Part shown: piece after piece, positions 14,901 to 27,500 of the stretch
Position numbering within the stretch: the stretch's first letter is position 1
How the letters are laid out: every line of letters starts with the position of its first letter
DNA from: Veleropilina oligotropha
Taxonomy: Eukaryota
DNA: 64,000 bases
Direction: 5' to 3'
Assembly (NCBI GenBank): GCA_048128005.1
Contig: JBEUKZ010000084.1
Location: 248,001 to 312,000, forward strand
Translations under genes and position numbers: made by a program
The notes under the pieces: generated by a model
The model's input: the letters and a program-made list of their open reading frames with translations, nothing else
Told to the model about the DNA's origin: nothing
The model's database searches: none

Positions 14901-17900
14901 ATTTTTATTTTATGCCAGATTGCAATTGCATACTTCGTTTTTGCGTTCATTGGAAGTCGGAAACAGCTCAAATTAAACAAACAAAATTCAACTTGTAACA
15001 TATTAAAACGACATTTAATGAATTATGCGCCGTATATTATGCAAACATTATGTTTTAATGCAGTATATAGTCTTTGTATGTCCCGTTGCGTGCGCAAATC
15101 GAAAATACATTTCACGAAACTGTTCAACGTTATGCACCATAGACGAACCCCAATCGACATAAAAACTGTTGCAATGTACCCCAAATTGGTCCCCAATCAA
15201 ACATAATATGCATCAATCGTAGCTATTATATGCATATTATAAATTATACCATTATATTAAGCCTGATTGCAATTGCGTAGGCCTACTTCATTTTTTACTT
15301 CGTGGGAAGTCGCCACTTAATTAAATGACTCTAATTAAACAAACTAAATCCAACTGCATGGCAACATACAAAAATGATTGAAGACAACAAAATATAAAAG
15401 TTTAATGAATTATGTGTTGTATATTAGGTAAACATTATTTTTTATTATGTTATATATATAGGATCCTTGTTGGGTACGTGCAGTTTGCAGCAATTCCACA
15501 TTTGTTGTGCCGATAAGGCGCCTTATCGGCATGACCGGCGCGATATATGGAATAAATACGGTATATACCGTTGCACAGTAGTAAATATCCATGGTTTCCT
15601 TGGCCAGCCGTACTTTAGTTAATGCGGTCATAATAAACGATATCGCCTACAACATTGATTTCCTTCCCGAGATGTAATCGCGTCATCCGGATTGGCTGAG
15701 CTCAAGTAATCTCCAATACTTGTGGCTCATGGCTCATTAAACGCTTTAAGCAGGAAGGGAACGATGTGTGATATGAAAACTAAGAGAATCAAGAATTGAA
15801 ATCGACTTCTTGACATGAAAGCATGATCATATAATTGGATGATGGCTTGGAGTTATAATTGAAATTGTGCACCATTCTGAATGGTGCAGTGCAGCTGCAA
15901 CTTTCCCCAAAAATCTAAGCCTTAATACAGCATAGTTCCATAAAGGCAAAATGCATTTAATATTGATTTGTGCAAAGATGGCACGGGACTGGCTAATTGA
16001 CTAAAAATATCATACATTGTAGAAGAGATCGCCTTTGGTAATAATAAAGCTTATCACACACTTAACAATATTATACATTAAATATTTCGATATGCTATGT
16101 AAAAAGCGGTTTACTATTTAAGTGATGATTGTCAGCCATTAAATACAACTAGAAATATGTTCCCCGGAACATGGATATGCCCCGGGATGAAGACACCGGA
16201 TGCCGCACATTGCCAATAGCTTTATGACTATCAAACATGTATTTAAATCTTTAAACAATGTAATTGTTAACAACCACTCCAACCATTGTTCAGTCATATT
16301 ATACTCAGGCCCCGTTTAACATCTCTATACCACATGATTTGATCTATCCTAAATGTTGTATAATGTCATATCACAAAGGATGTTGGTGGCACACAGGAAC
16401 TCCACTCATTGGACAAACCCATGAGTGAATTGATGCGCACGTACCTAATTATATTAAATTCCATTCAACATCAGTGCCAGAGTATCAGCAGGCATCCATA
16501 TGTGCATTACCAATGCACATGTATGCAAAGAAGAGTCTTAAGCAACACATATGCGACCATTGAAAAACTTTAACAGAAAACTTTAACCAAAATTTCTATG
16601 TCCACAAACACCAATTTCAGGCATTATTTATTTTAAATTCCATTCAATATCAGTGTTAGAGTATCAGGTGACATCCATATAACCATTATATGATTGGGCC
16701 ACAATGGAAACAAGTGTTTACACTTTTTTGTGCTACCCTATGCATGCAAAAAAGTGCCTTCCACAACCGATATACACTCAATGAAAAACTTTAACCAAAT
16801 CCGGACACACAGATGCAGTGAAAGCTATATGCCCTTCGGGACTATCGTCCCGGGGCATAAGAATATCAGTCGTGGGTGTCTGCTATGGGTGGATGCAGAT
16901 AGTGGTGCCACTGCCTTGAAATGACACCAAAGGTAACTCGATCGATACAATATTATATTGCCAGGGATAACCTTTGAAATATATCTGCTAATTTACTTTC
17001 ACCAAGTGCTGCGTATTAAATCTTTCGATCAAACGCATCCATTGGCCAGTCATTGAGTCAATACCATCAATTATTGAGACCACTTGTGGAGCTTGACTGC
17101 AATCTGGCAAATTTACCATAAATGCAAAAGTGATCGATTTGACCAATAACCATAATCGCTGAACCAACTCTTCATATAGGATCAATAACATTTGGTGGGA
17201 ACTCTGATTTTATATTCATTTGCGCTGAAATCGTTTGTTGCGGATCGATGCTTAATGTCCTGTTTTACAACGTTCAAGTTCATACCAGGGCACGTTCATA
17301 TTATCGTGTGAGGAAAGCCAGAGCACCAGGGAAATCTGTCCTCGATGACCAATTATGGACCAATTATGGACAAATGTGACTGTTGACTAAACAGTGAATG
17401 CACTGGTGACGATTCAAATGCATTTCTGTTAAGCAGAGCTGTCAAGGAAGCGAATTCAGATTCTGTCCTCGGCTACTGATGCGGCCACAGTATTAACGGT
17501 ACATATTGCAACACGTACCAATCTATCAGGATAGAAACTCGCTAATAAAAAACACCCACACGATATTCTGTGAAATAAAATTAATTAATCTATCACCGAG
17601 GCAATTGCCAGTGTCAGAATTCCTTATAAATCTATATCAACAAACACCGCGATGCAGTAAATAATCCTTTCAGCCTCTGCTACAACCTTTTTAATCTTTA
17701 TCCCAAATCAATACGGAGAAGATATTCCAGTCTCCATACTTACTCTTTTCTCGGAACGCAAGATCAAGCCTCGATCGCCATGAACAGAATACCTTCCAGG
17801 CTGATAATTCTCAATCTGCTTCCGAAAAGTAATCCATTATATAGTGGTGTGCGTAATCCAATTTGAGTACAATCTATCTTCATCATGCATGTAGTAATAC

Positions 17901-20900
17901 ATTGAATCTGCAGTATGCGGGACACCTGATGAAATTAACGAACCCAAGTGTTGGGTTTGAAAGCCAAACCATGTTATATTTACTTAAGCGAGTCTTAAAC
18001 TAAAACCATATATTATCTTTACCACATATATCTCCTCATAAATAACACTTTTTATGGCACAAGGAAGAATATAGAATATATGTGTCATGTTAGAAAGTCC
18101 GATCTGGTAGAATCGAAGATTCTTAGGATCCAAGATTCTTAGAATCGAAGATTCCTAGGATCCAAGATTCTTAGAATCCAAGATTCTTAGAATCGAAGAT
18201 TCTTAGGAACCAAGATTCTTAGGATCCAAGATTCTTAGGATCCAAGATTCTTAGAATCAAAGATTCTTAGAATCAAAGATTCTTAGAATCAAAGATTCTA
18301 AGAATAAAAGATTCTAAGAATCAAACATTCTACTGGTAGAAACTCTGATCGGATTTTCTACTGGTAGAATCTCTGATATTTTGATAAAATTTCAAACATG
18401 TACATGTGAATATTGTCCACAAACCATCGGAATATTTTATATTACATTGATCTATAAGAAAAGTAATTATCAAGTGTAATTTTATTTCAGTTCATCAATC
18501 TGTCAGTGAACAGTACATGACACAAAGAGTATAATTTCATGATGAATGTGGTGAAACATTGCGGATGACAGAACTGTAATCCATATGGGGTTTACCAGTT
18601 AGCAGACCATTTTCTAACCCAACACCAGCCAGTTGTTGCTTCTGGGGAATACTATGTGTATTATTGGTAAAAATCAGGGACAGCTCAACTGATTCTTGTG
18701 ATAATCACATAGTAGAATCAACGCATTAAAAGATTCATCAAAATATCTTGCTTTCAATATAATATAATTACAGTGAGATTTCCATTAGAGTTATTAACTG
18801 TTCAAAACAACAATGTACTTACAGATAAAGATATATACTGTAGCAGACTTCTTAATGAACAACTTTCCCATGTAGTCAGTTTCTCTGACATATTACACAT
18901 CAATCGACCACTTTCGACAGCTGTAAGAGGATACTTAAATCTCACAAAGTATCAGTGCACCGAAAGAATTTGTTCGTTAATGCAGATTAATTTCCATAAA
19001 GTTCATTAACATCTGAACATAGATGCCCACAATAATTGTATATCCAGTGAGATCATAGTTGCAGGCATCTTGTAATGTTTACTAGTTCTGCTCCACAAAG
19101 GTTGAAGAAGCCATATTAAGAATAGATGCCGCATATTTGAGATATCAAATCAAATAGAGTTCTTTATATTAAGTTTCATGATGAGAGCAAATTAATTCCA
19201 TAACAGTTTTTGGCTGCTTCGGTGGCCGAGTTGTTTCGAGAGTCGATTCGGAATTCACCTGATTGACTACTCTGTCCAACAGGAGTTCGTTTGAACCTCG
19301 AAAACCAGTCACAGTTGTCCATAACTGGCTGAAGTTTCAGAGCGGATGTTCTTTGGCAACCGAGCTTTCCTCTCACGATAATATGGACATGTCCTGGTAT
19401 GAACCTAGTGGACAGCTAAAAGAGGACATTAAACATGCTGATTCCACTTCATAACGTAATATACAATCAAAAGAAAACTAAAATTGGGGTATTGTCTGTA
19501 TTTATCACCTACTCACTTGATGATTCGCAAGTTAAAATACAGCATAAAGTATTCCAATCATTAGATAATCGCTTCAGTCAAAGACATAATTTTAGCGTGA
19601 ATGGTTGCAATCGAAGACATTGTATATAACTGCACCAAAGTTGCAGAGGTTTCCCCCAGTCGTTTATTTTAATATTCCATTATCATAATAATAGTAATAT
19701 ATGTATAGAACAGTTGAAAAAAAATATATGCCATTAATTCTTCAAACTTTATTTTCAGATAAATTATTGTTTTTGTTAAAAAATAAATATACAGTACGTC
19801 GATATTAACGAAACTTCCAGAAACCGAAGTGAATCATCACCGTGAATACAAAAAAGCGTACGCTTTTAATTCAATATCGGCGTTTTAAACATCTATTACC
19901 AGATCTTATATTTTATTTCTGGATATGAAAATCTCTAACCAGCATAACTTTATGCAAAGAACACATACCATAAGAGTTACGTTAATTGGCATTAAATCCT
20001 ACTTGTGGGACTGAAGTGGAATCACCATCTTTAAGCATCAAGGGCATAGCTACCCCCCCCCCCCCCCAAAAAAAAATCTGGGACAATTTTTTTGCATTAG
20101 ATTGTTCTTGTTTTCTGTATAATTTCAGAATCCACATGCCATAATTTTAACCTGTTAAAAGGTCTGATTTAAAACCTAGACTGCAGGAAATCAAGTTTCA
20201 GCTTAATAAAAATCGCAGGTCTGTGTTATATAAGACTGTGTTAAATTGATACCTTGTTTCTTGTCCCGCGCACGCTTTGGTTCACACGTGCCTATTTCGT
20301 CTGCACTGCATTTGAACACGCACAAAATTTGGTAAAAAAATGAAATGAACTTTTTAGAACATAATGTTGTGTGGAAAATGGCTGTTGTGTTGTGTTGACT
20401 GCTTTGGTTTACCAGCATCATGGGACAAGAAACAAGGAATCAATTTAACACAGACCTGAGCCTAATGTCATGCAAGCAGTAGACTACTACCTCGATAAAT
20501 TATATAATTCTGAACATTAAATACTTAATATATAATTTGTTTTTGTTCAGCAAGTGCACTGTTGCTAACTATAACAACCATTTTTTGCACGGTATCTATA
20601 AGAGAAGAACATCATCTCACCCACATACAGCTAATCATACTGCCTCAGATATCATGCATTAACCTGATTATAACAACCTCAATCCATTTGATGTGACGTA
20701 CTACATCTATCAAAGTTGTCATGGCAGCAAAATAAGAAAGCTGGACATAAAAATCAATATATATTCTTTCAGACTTGCATATTTCGCCATTCCGAAAAAA
20801 ACATGAATCCAGCAACACAGGAAAATTAGTTGATCATTTTGGGATCATGGAATATGTTTTATGTTCAGGAAGCCAGGATATATATGTCTGCTTAATCCAA

Positions 20901-23900
20901 AGTATAGGGGGCCACTCCGACAGCCCTGTGGTTTTGGTTGCAGACTCCGAAAAATCACTGGCGTGATTCCATTGACGTGAACAGTAGTGGGTTCGAATCT
21001 CGGTTTTGACAATACATTATTTGTTCAAGTTATGAATCACAGTTGTTCGTAACTGGTCGGAGAGGGTGGGTTTCCCTGGGCGACCTGGCTTTCCTGGCGA
21101 TAATATGGACATGTACTGCTTTGAACTTAATGGCTCATTAAGCATTAAGCACCGATCCTTTTTTTCCTTTTTTCCAAAGTATAGGGTCTCCAAAGCTCAA
21201 GTCCAACCATCCGTCCCACTGACTCCAGGATTACAGTTAGTGTGTGGGTCAGTGCTTATATCTGTCATATCCTTTTAAGTTTAAACCTTGCATCCATCCA
21301 TAGCTACTGTCCGGATAGTTTCAATCATGTAAATACTAAATATAAGTTGTACAAGCAGCTGACCGCTCCATGATATAGGATGATCCACATCTGATGTTAT
21401 GGAAATACTGATCGTAAAATCTTTGGATAAGCAGAGCAAAATAGCCTTTGCAATCTAATTAGGAAAAAGTCCATTCAAATGTGATAAATGTACAGCACTG
21501 GATTCTCTAAAATCCTGGCAGCATTCATCGTCACCCACGTGATGCAATGGTAAAATTTTCCAAATACTTGCAATTTTTATGAGTGAATTAAGGTATTGGA
21601 GAGGATTACTTTTTATGTCTACCGGTACTCATAATTATTATGCTGTTAAAGTTATGTTAACAAAAGTATTGAATTTAAATGTTTCCAAAGATTGAAAAAT
21701 TATCACATAAATGATTCCAATAATGATTTCCACATGTCTGCCTCTGTTGGTGACTACCAGTTACGCACTTGCCGACTCACCCAAATACTAGTTAATGAAT
21801 TTTCATGAACTCCTTGCTTCAATCCTATGCTGTCATCTGCTGACTCACCTGGTCGGGTCCGCTCGCGACAGTCGTATCGCTTCGGTTGTGGCCACCAAAA
21901 AGTCACTGGTTTGAATCCGCTGACACGAACAGTAATGGATTCGAACATCATTATTTGTTCAAGTTATGAGTCACAGTTGTCCGTAATTGGTCGGAGAGGG
22001 CGGGTTTGCCCGGGCAACCAGGCTTTCCTCCCGCGATAATATGGACAAGTTTTGCTTTGAACCTAATGATGGTTGGAAATATACAAGACATTAAGCATCG
22101 ACCCTTTCCTTTCTGTTTGTTCACCTGGTCGGCATGGGGGCACGGATAGAGTGCAGACTAGACTGAATTTTCTCGCATGACTGCTCTGTCTAATGTCCAA
22201 TCTGTTTGTACAGGTGACAGTCAGAGATGTCCATAACTGCACGGCGATGGTGGGTAATCCAGAGCGACCAGGCTTTCACTCCGATTGCGATAACATAGAC
22301 ATGTCCTGGTGTAAATCCGAAGTGAAGGTTGATATAAATGGGATATTAACGAAGATCCAAATCCAAATTTACCCAACTGGAGAAGTACAGCAGCCTGTCC
22401 AGCAGAAAACACGGCTTCAAAGTGACTATACTCTTGCGAGATACAGTTGCTGACTACCATGTATGACTTCCCCTAATCCAGCAATGGAGGTACAAATTAC
22501 TACAATGAATGACATAGCCATCCTGGGCTTCAATAAGGCCTTTGATACAGTGTGCCACAGGAAGTTCTTGGTTAACAATTACACCGAACCACAATTTAAT
22601 ACCATATCCGAGACTCGGTACACACTTGAATCAGCAACTGATCTACAATTTTAGAGAAAAATGGTAGTGCTGAAAAATCAGATAAGTGTCAGCCGTATCA
22701 AAAGTTCCCAAAGGATCTGCAAGGTGCCATTAGTAATTGCTGCTCATTAGTTTGTTTTCTCAACAGTACGATCTTAAATGATCAACCAGTATTTTTATCT
22801 TGCTCAAGAAGGTGGGAACTGTGACTGTCAATGTTCTACAGGGTGGTTGAGGGCCTGGCCTTACCAACATGTAGTACCTAAAGGGAAGTTCCTAACATCA
22901 AAGAGCCGATGCAAGACAGTGACTGATCAATTTCATGTTTGTTCGATTTAGCCTGGGCCCACTATTATAAAGTACAATAAATTTTAGGCATCTATTTTGC
23001 AATCAATCGTAAGCCAGGCACTATTGCAAAACAGATACTTACAATAGCTTCAGACTATTGGGCCCAGGATTGAACACACTTGGCGAAAAGTGTCAACTGT
23101 TACTCATTTGCTGAATTGAATTGATGTATAATGACCACGCCAACAATATTTCAGTCATAATTGGGTCGATCTCATTTGCAAGATGTGGATGATGATGAAT
23201 TGATGTTTAACGACAACACCAACAGTATTTCAATCATAAATCGAGTCAATCTACTTTGAATGAAGAAAAGAATTGGTGCTATTATATATCCAGTGGAGGT
23301 CGAGTGGATACGGTGTGGGTTGATAAATGGAAGGATTTTTCCCATGATCGATCACAAATAAAATCCTTCCATTGAATTGCATAAATTTATCAACCCGCAC
23401 CGTATCGACTCGATCATGCAGGATGTGGCTCACCCTCTCTGTTTTGCAGCTCTGAAAAACAGTAGTTCCTGTGATGCTTTTCACTAAGTTCAAAATCATG
23501 CATATGACTTGGAACTGACCAACATCATACACTGAAAATTTTGGTAATAATATCATATGTCATCCAATTTATTTGTAAAATTATTATTTTAATTCCAAAT
23601 CCATTATTGCTATGTTATTGTCATGGGTATTTCAATACTTACCACCTGTAGTAGTCGTAGCATGCCAGTAAAAGACTTGACATATTGTCCATTGCATTCT
23701 AAGATTATTTTTGGTTCCATGACCTCTTTGAATGTCACCCTCGCTCTCGTCCTTGGTTTTGGGCCGTCTCTGCTGACGTTCGTGGATCTGTATATCGGGG
23801 ATACATTATCGTCAACTGTTCTACTCCCCTCTCCAATCGTGTCATTTTCAATCTCTTCGGAACCTGATTTCGCAGAATTGTCTTGGAATAATTCCGTCTG

Positions 23901-23960
23901 CTCGTCGGAAGAATCGCGAAACTGTAATTTCGGGCGCGAGTCCTCTTCCCTGCTTACCAT
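8869..23960 (-). CDS. MARVEL-domain four-TM membrane protein (CMTM/plasmolipin/MAL-like), 4 exons, 257 aa: join(23960-23643, 11411-11217, 10824-10690, 8994-8869)
   Basis: All introns are GT-AG and phase 0. The spliced ORF has an acidic N-tail, then YVKSFTGMLRLLQV|ILPAISLLCL (MARVEL start), FRFMVFVLVLSFLSSFSLWISW..INWYLL|DLVLYSLFSFMYLVGASLVA..LVLCV|VLGYICMFVYGASAVIGFRQWR..stop. There are four hydrophobic helices in MARVEL spacing. Confidence 0.85.
10690..10824 (-). CDS. MARVEL gene exon 3 (TM3)
   Basis: ttgcAG|DLVLYSLFSFMYLVGASLVASAFDFFQKMGSEVSEQTMKQLVLCV|GTAAGG; 135 nt. Confidence 0.87.
11217..11411 (-). CDS. MARVEL gene exon 2 (TM1 end and TM2)
   Basis: tgtttcAG|ILPAISLLCLTTTGQREGGYLLLPLSWHFRFMVFVLVLSFLSSFSLWISWTIGIVSMFQINWYLL|GTAAGT; 195 nt. 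Confidence 0.87.
11370..12225 (-). repeat. GC-rich tandem array (74-102-bp units, ~10 copies) made of the exon-2 splice-acceptor junction
   Basis: CTCTGTTTCAG|ATCCTGCCGGCCATCTCCC-like units recur with exon-start positions at 11411 (real), 11503, 11598, 11692, 11794, 11876, 11978, 12054, 12131 and 12205. Confidence 0.9.
14104..15575 (+). mobile_element. Non-autonomous DNA element; an inverted copy lies at ~58158-59611
   Basis: GGCTATCGGCACGACGG end motif. Long blocks at 14160-14310 and 14810-15290 are reverse complements of blocks at 59380-59610 and 58555-58955. Confidence 0.65.
16147..16860 (+). mobile_element. HINE-like element (degenerate relative at ~25870-26560, minus strand)
   Basis: AACTAGAAATATGTTCC start; inverted repeat ATGCCCCGGGA / TCCCGGGGCAT; degenerate core with AAAACTTTAACCAAAATTTCTATGTCCACAAACAC. 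Confidence 0.6.
18090..18375. repeat. 15-16-bp minisatellite (AAGATTCTTAGAATCN, ~14 copies) inside short inverted repeats
   Basis: Directly visible array at 18107-18332; flanks TAGAAAGTCCGATC / GATCGGATTTTCTA. Confidence 0.85.
19212..22110 (+). mobile_element. Three diverged copies of the tRNA-derived SINE (~19212-19440, ~20910-21165, ~21856-22110)
   Basis: Each shares the core TCACAGTTGTCCRTAACTGG..TTTCCT..CGATAATATGGACATGTCC..TGAACCT..GACATTAAGCA with the intact copies at 27247 and 51172. Confidence 0.75.
20219..20457. mobile_element. Small TIR MITE
   Basis: CTGTGTTAAATTGATACCTTGTTTCTTGTCCC / GGGACAAGAAACAAGGAATCAATTTAACACAG inverted pair. Confidence 0.6.
23643..23960 (-). CDS. MARVEL gene exon 1
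   Basis: ATG at 23960; MVSREEDSRP..YVKSFTGMLRLLQV|GTAAGTAT; 318 nt, phase 0. Confidence 0.82.
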
Positions 23961-24444
23961 GTTACATCTATTAACATCCCAAAAATGGTCGTTAAAGGTA
24001 TCGGCATTGTATTAATTTAACAAATGCACCAGCATAATAGCATGCCAAACCAAAGCGAAAAATCAGGAATGAGCCTTGAATCGAAAATCGGTCTGCTACA
24101 AAATGTCGCTTATATCCTTAACAAATTATAGCACCTGCTTATATGCGTTAATTATCCCCAAGTGGTAATGAAAATCATTTAAATGTAACATGTTTTAAAT
24201 ATACATAACGCTTTTACCATTATATATTACATTTATCTATTTATTCATTTAATAATATCGCCTTTTAAAAATAGTAACCCAAAGTCACGTGAGTGTCAAA
24301 ATGGCCGCCACTGTTGTTGTCTGACTGTTCCTTCTCATTTAAAATTCCGAGCACTTTATCTTCCGTGTTCCATGCACGGGGTATTGACTGCGTTGTAATT
24401 GTACATGCATAATGTAAAATTTGCATCGAAAGCAAAGGTTCAAG
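23961..24444. promoter_or_regulatory. Putative bidirectional promoter between the MARVEL gene and VAC14
   Basis: Divergent ATGs are 484 bp apart. GTCACGTGAG (24284-24293) is E-box/CLEAR-like and CAAAATGGCCGCC (24297-24309) is YY1-like. Confidence 0.6.
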
Positions 24445-24545
24445 ATGACAGAAAAAGACTACGCGCCTCTGACTACATCGGCGGTTCGTCTGCTTCACGA
24501 TAAATTATACGAAAAACGAAAAGGGGCTGCCTTGGAAATTGAAAA
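24445..24545 (+). CDS. VAC14: VAC14 exon 1
   Basis: [33 protein letters not shown](K)|GTGTGT; phase 2. Confidence 0.93.
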
Positions 24546-27500
24546 GTGTGTTGGCGCTGTTGCATATCATATATAACATCGACAAGGATGTAATTTTGTT
24601 TACTTATTGTCACCATTATAATGGTTGTATTTTTATCAGGATATTGTTGCCGGCGTGGGGTCCGACTAATTACCCAAATGTACCCAAAAGTAGTCACATA
24701 TGATTAAAATGTAGGTTTTTCATTGCATATAAAGCCTTATTTGTGACCGTAGAGGATTGGAAAATGTCACGACGTGTCATGTGGCGTAATGATTCGAAAA
24801 CTACGTAAATTTATTAACCATAACGATATTTTAATTGACTGAATTCAATTCAACTCATATGTATAGCGCTGCGTACTGGTTACGTCATGAAATCAGGACA
24901 TGAGAAGTTTATGCTGTAACAGGATGTCGGGCAATGCTTCATTTGCCCGACTCTCTTTGTTTCAAGTATTAAAAATAGATCTAGTGCGCTGTGCTATTGC
25001 TCGAGGTTTCAATGGATCAGCGCTAAAACACGCAATATTTGATTTGAATTTGGAGTTTTACGATCACTGTCAGCGGTATCGGTATTGCAATCTCAATGGC
25101 GTGTCCAGGGGGGTGGGGTGGCACATGCCCCCCCTTTCGGCCCAAAAGGTGTTTGTGCACCATCTTTCCCGGTTTCAATGGATATATATTTATATATATA
25201 TATGTATATATATGTATTGGCTATGATTTTAAATGTGTATGACTACCTAAATTTTTACTTTATTTTGAAGAATATTATTCTCAAATACAAAACAACATTG
25301 CTTCTTTTCCCTCAATTATCACACGCACTTGGTCACTTTTTAAAGTTATTCCTCTCTCTACGAACGTACTATTTTACAATCCTCAGTTAATTAGTGCTAT
25401 TGGGGAATTTTGTTGTTTCAAAATTATTTAATAATTGATGCAGAATACACTACAATGCCGTAGTTAGGCCCAATATGTGGCTAAATCCAAAATTAATGAG
25501 TTGTAATGCCAAAAGCTTTCGTTTTCTGTATGTAATATTATACATCTTATCGGATAGAGATGTTAATATACCGATACCGCTGACAGTGATTGTAAAACTC
25601 CAAATTCAAATCAAATATTGTGTGTTTTAGCGCTGCTCCATTGAAACCTCGAACAATACATATGAGTTATCTCCCTTGAATTCAGTCAATTAAAATATCG
25701 TTATGGTTAATAAATTTACGTAGTTTTCGAATCATTACGCCACATGCCACGTCGTGACATTTTCCAATCCTCTACGGTCACAAATAAGGCTTTATATACA
25801 ATGAAAAACCTATATTTTAATCATATGTGACTACTTTTGGGTACATTTGGGTAATTAGTCGGACCGGCCGGCGTGCGTACTTCCGTAAACAATTTGGTTA
25901 AAGTTTCGAATTGAGTGTATATAGCTTGCCCATGATACTTTTTGACATATATATGCTTTTGTAGGCATTATATGGATGACACCTGATACTCTGGAAGTGA
26001 GATTGAATAAAATTTAATATAATTATTGCCTAAATGTAGGTGTTTGTTAACATAGAAATTTTGGTTAAAGTTTCTAATCAGACTAATGTTGTTCATTGAG
26101 TGTATATGTTTTGTTGAAACAACTTTTTGTGTAGATAATATATGCTTTGGTATTGATAATATGAATGTCAACTGATATTATGGAAGTGATGCTGAATTAA
26201 ATTTAGTATAATTATTGCATAAAATAGGTGTTTGTGGACATCGAATTTTTTGTTAAAGTTTTGTTTAAATTTTTCAATGGGCATATGGATTGTTCTAAGG
26301 CACTGTTTTACATCCATATACTTTAGTGTTGACAATATTGATGCTGCTCCCTCATCTGCAAGTGATTTATGTGAAATTAGTGTTTGTGGACATAGAAATT
26401 TTTTGTAAAGTTGAGTGATTTTCATTCTGTTCCATTATTGCATACATATTCTTTGGTGATGCTTATATTGATACCACCTTTTACTCTAGCAATGATATTG
26501 AATATTATTTTGTATAAATATTGAAGAAACTTGATGTGTTGGGACATATCAGACATATCAGAGTGATTGCAGAAGACGGGGGATGAATCCGTTTTCTAAC
26601 GGGCTCCTGTTTGTTTAACATATAAGACCGGGTTGACGTGCCTTTCGTACCACGGGAACTGGCAGTCTCTAACGTTGTTGGAGTAGCTGTCCCCCTCAAA
26701 TAAATTGCAAATCACCTAGATAAAACTATGGATATCATTTTACCAGGACCAAAAAATATGTCTGGTATGTAAAATATTTGGCATGGCATATATATATATG
26801 GCTTAAGAATCCAAATCGACGTGCCATGATGCAGAGTAGATATTGAATAGGCCTAATGATCTGGATGATTATTTCAATCTACCCTTGATCATTCTTATTA
26901 TAAATGCCATTATGGCATAGGATTATTTGTATATCATCTCTCGGTAGCACCCATATATTAATAATATGTATATATGCAAATAGATCATATAATGAGTGTG
27001 TACCATGAATTATTTATATTTTGCGACAATCTTTTTCAGACAAGTGAAAGATTTCCTAAATTCAAACCAGACAGTACAAATCACGAAAGTACTGAAAGTT
27101 CTTGGGGAAGACTTTGCTTCATCTCAGAATCCAAACACTAGAAAGGGTGGTCTGATAGGCCTTGCAGCTACTGCGATAGCATTAGGAAAGGTTGGCTATG
27201 AATCCTAATGGTGTAATTCAATGAACAAAGATTTGCCTTTGCAGCCGGCCGCTTCGGCAGCGCAGTGGGTAGAGTGTCCACTCTAAATTCACTGGCTTGA
27301 TTCCGCTAATGCGAACAGTAGTGGGTTCAATACCTGGCTGAGGCATTGAAATTTGTTCAAGTTATGAATCACAGTTGTCCGTGACTGGCCGAAGAGGGCG
27401 GGTTTACCCAGGCGACCGGGGTTTCCTCCCGCGATAACACGGACATGTCCTGCCTTGAACCTCGATGTTGTAAATATACAGGACATTAAGCATCATTCCT

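Noticed and set aside
17920..17970. CTGATGA...GAAA hammerhead-like motif
   Set aside because: Stem II is offset by extra bases and no stem I/III pairing could be found.
22500..22575. DIAILGFNKAFDTVCHRKFL LINE RT fragment; other faint decayed coding traces at ~12290-13350 and ~17600-19150
   Set aside because: Too short or degraded to delimit or classify by eye.
27247..27345. Possible tRNA gene (also at 51172)
   Set aside because: A/B boxes are followed by a SINE body, tail and TSD; no complete cloverleaf is evident.
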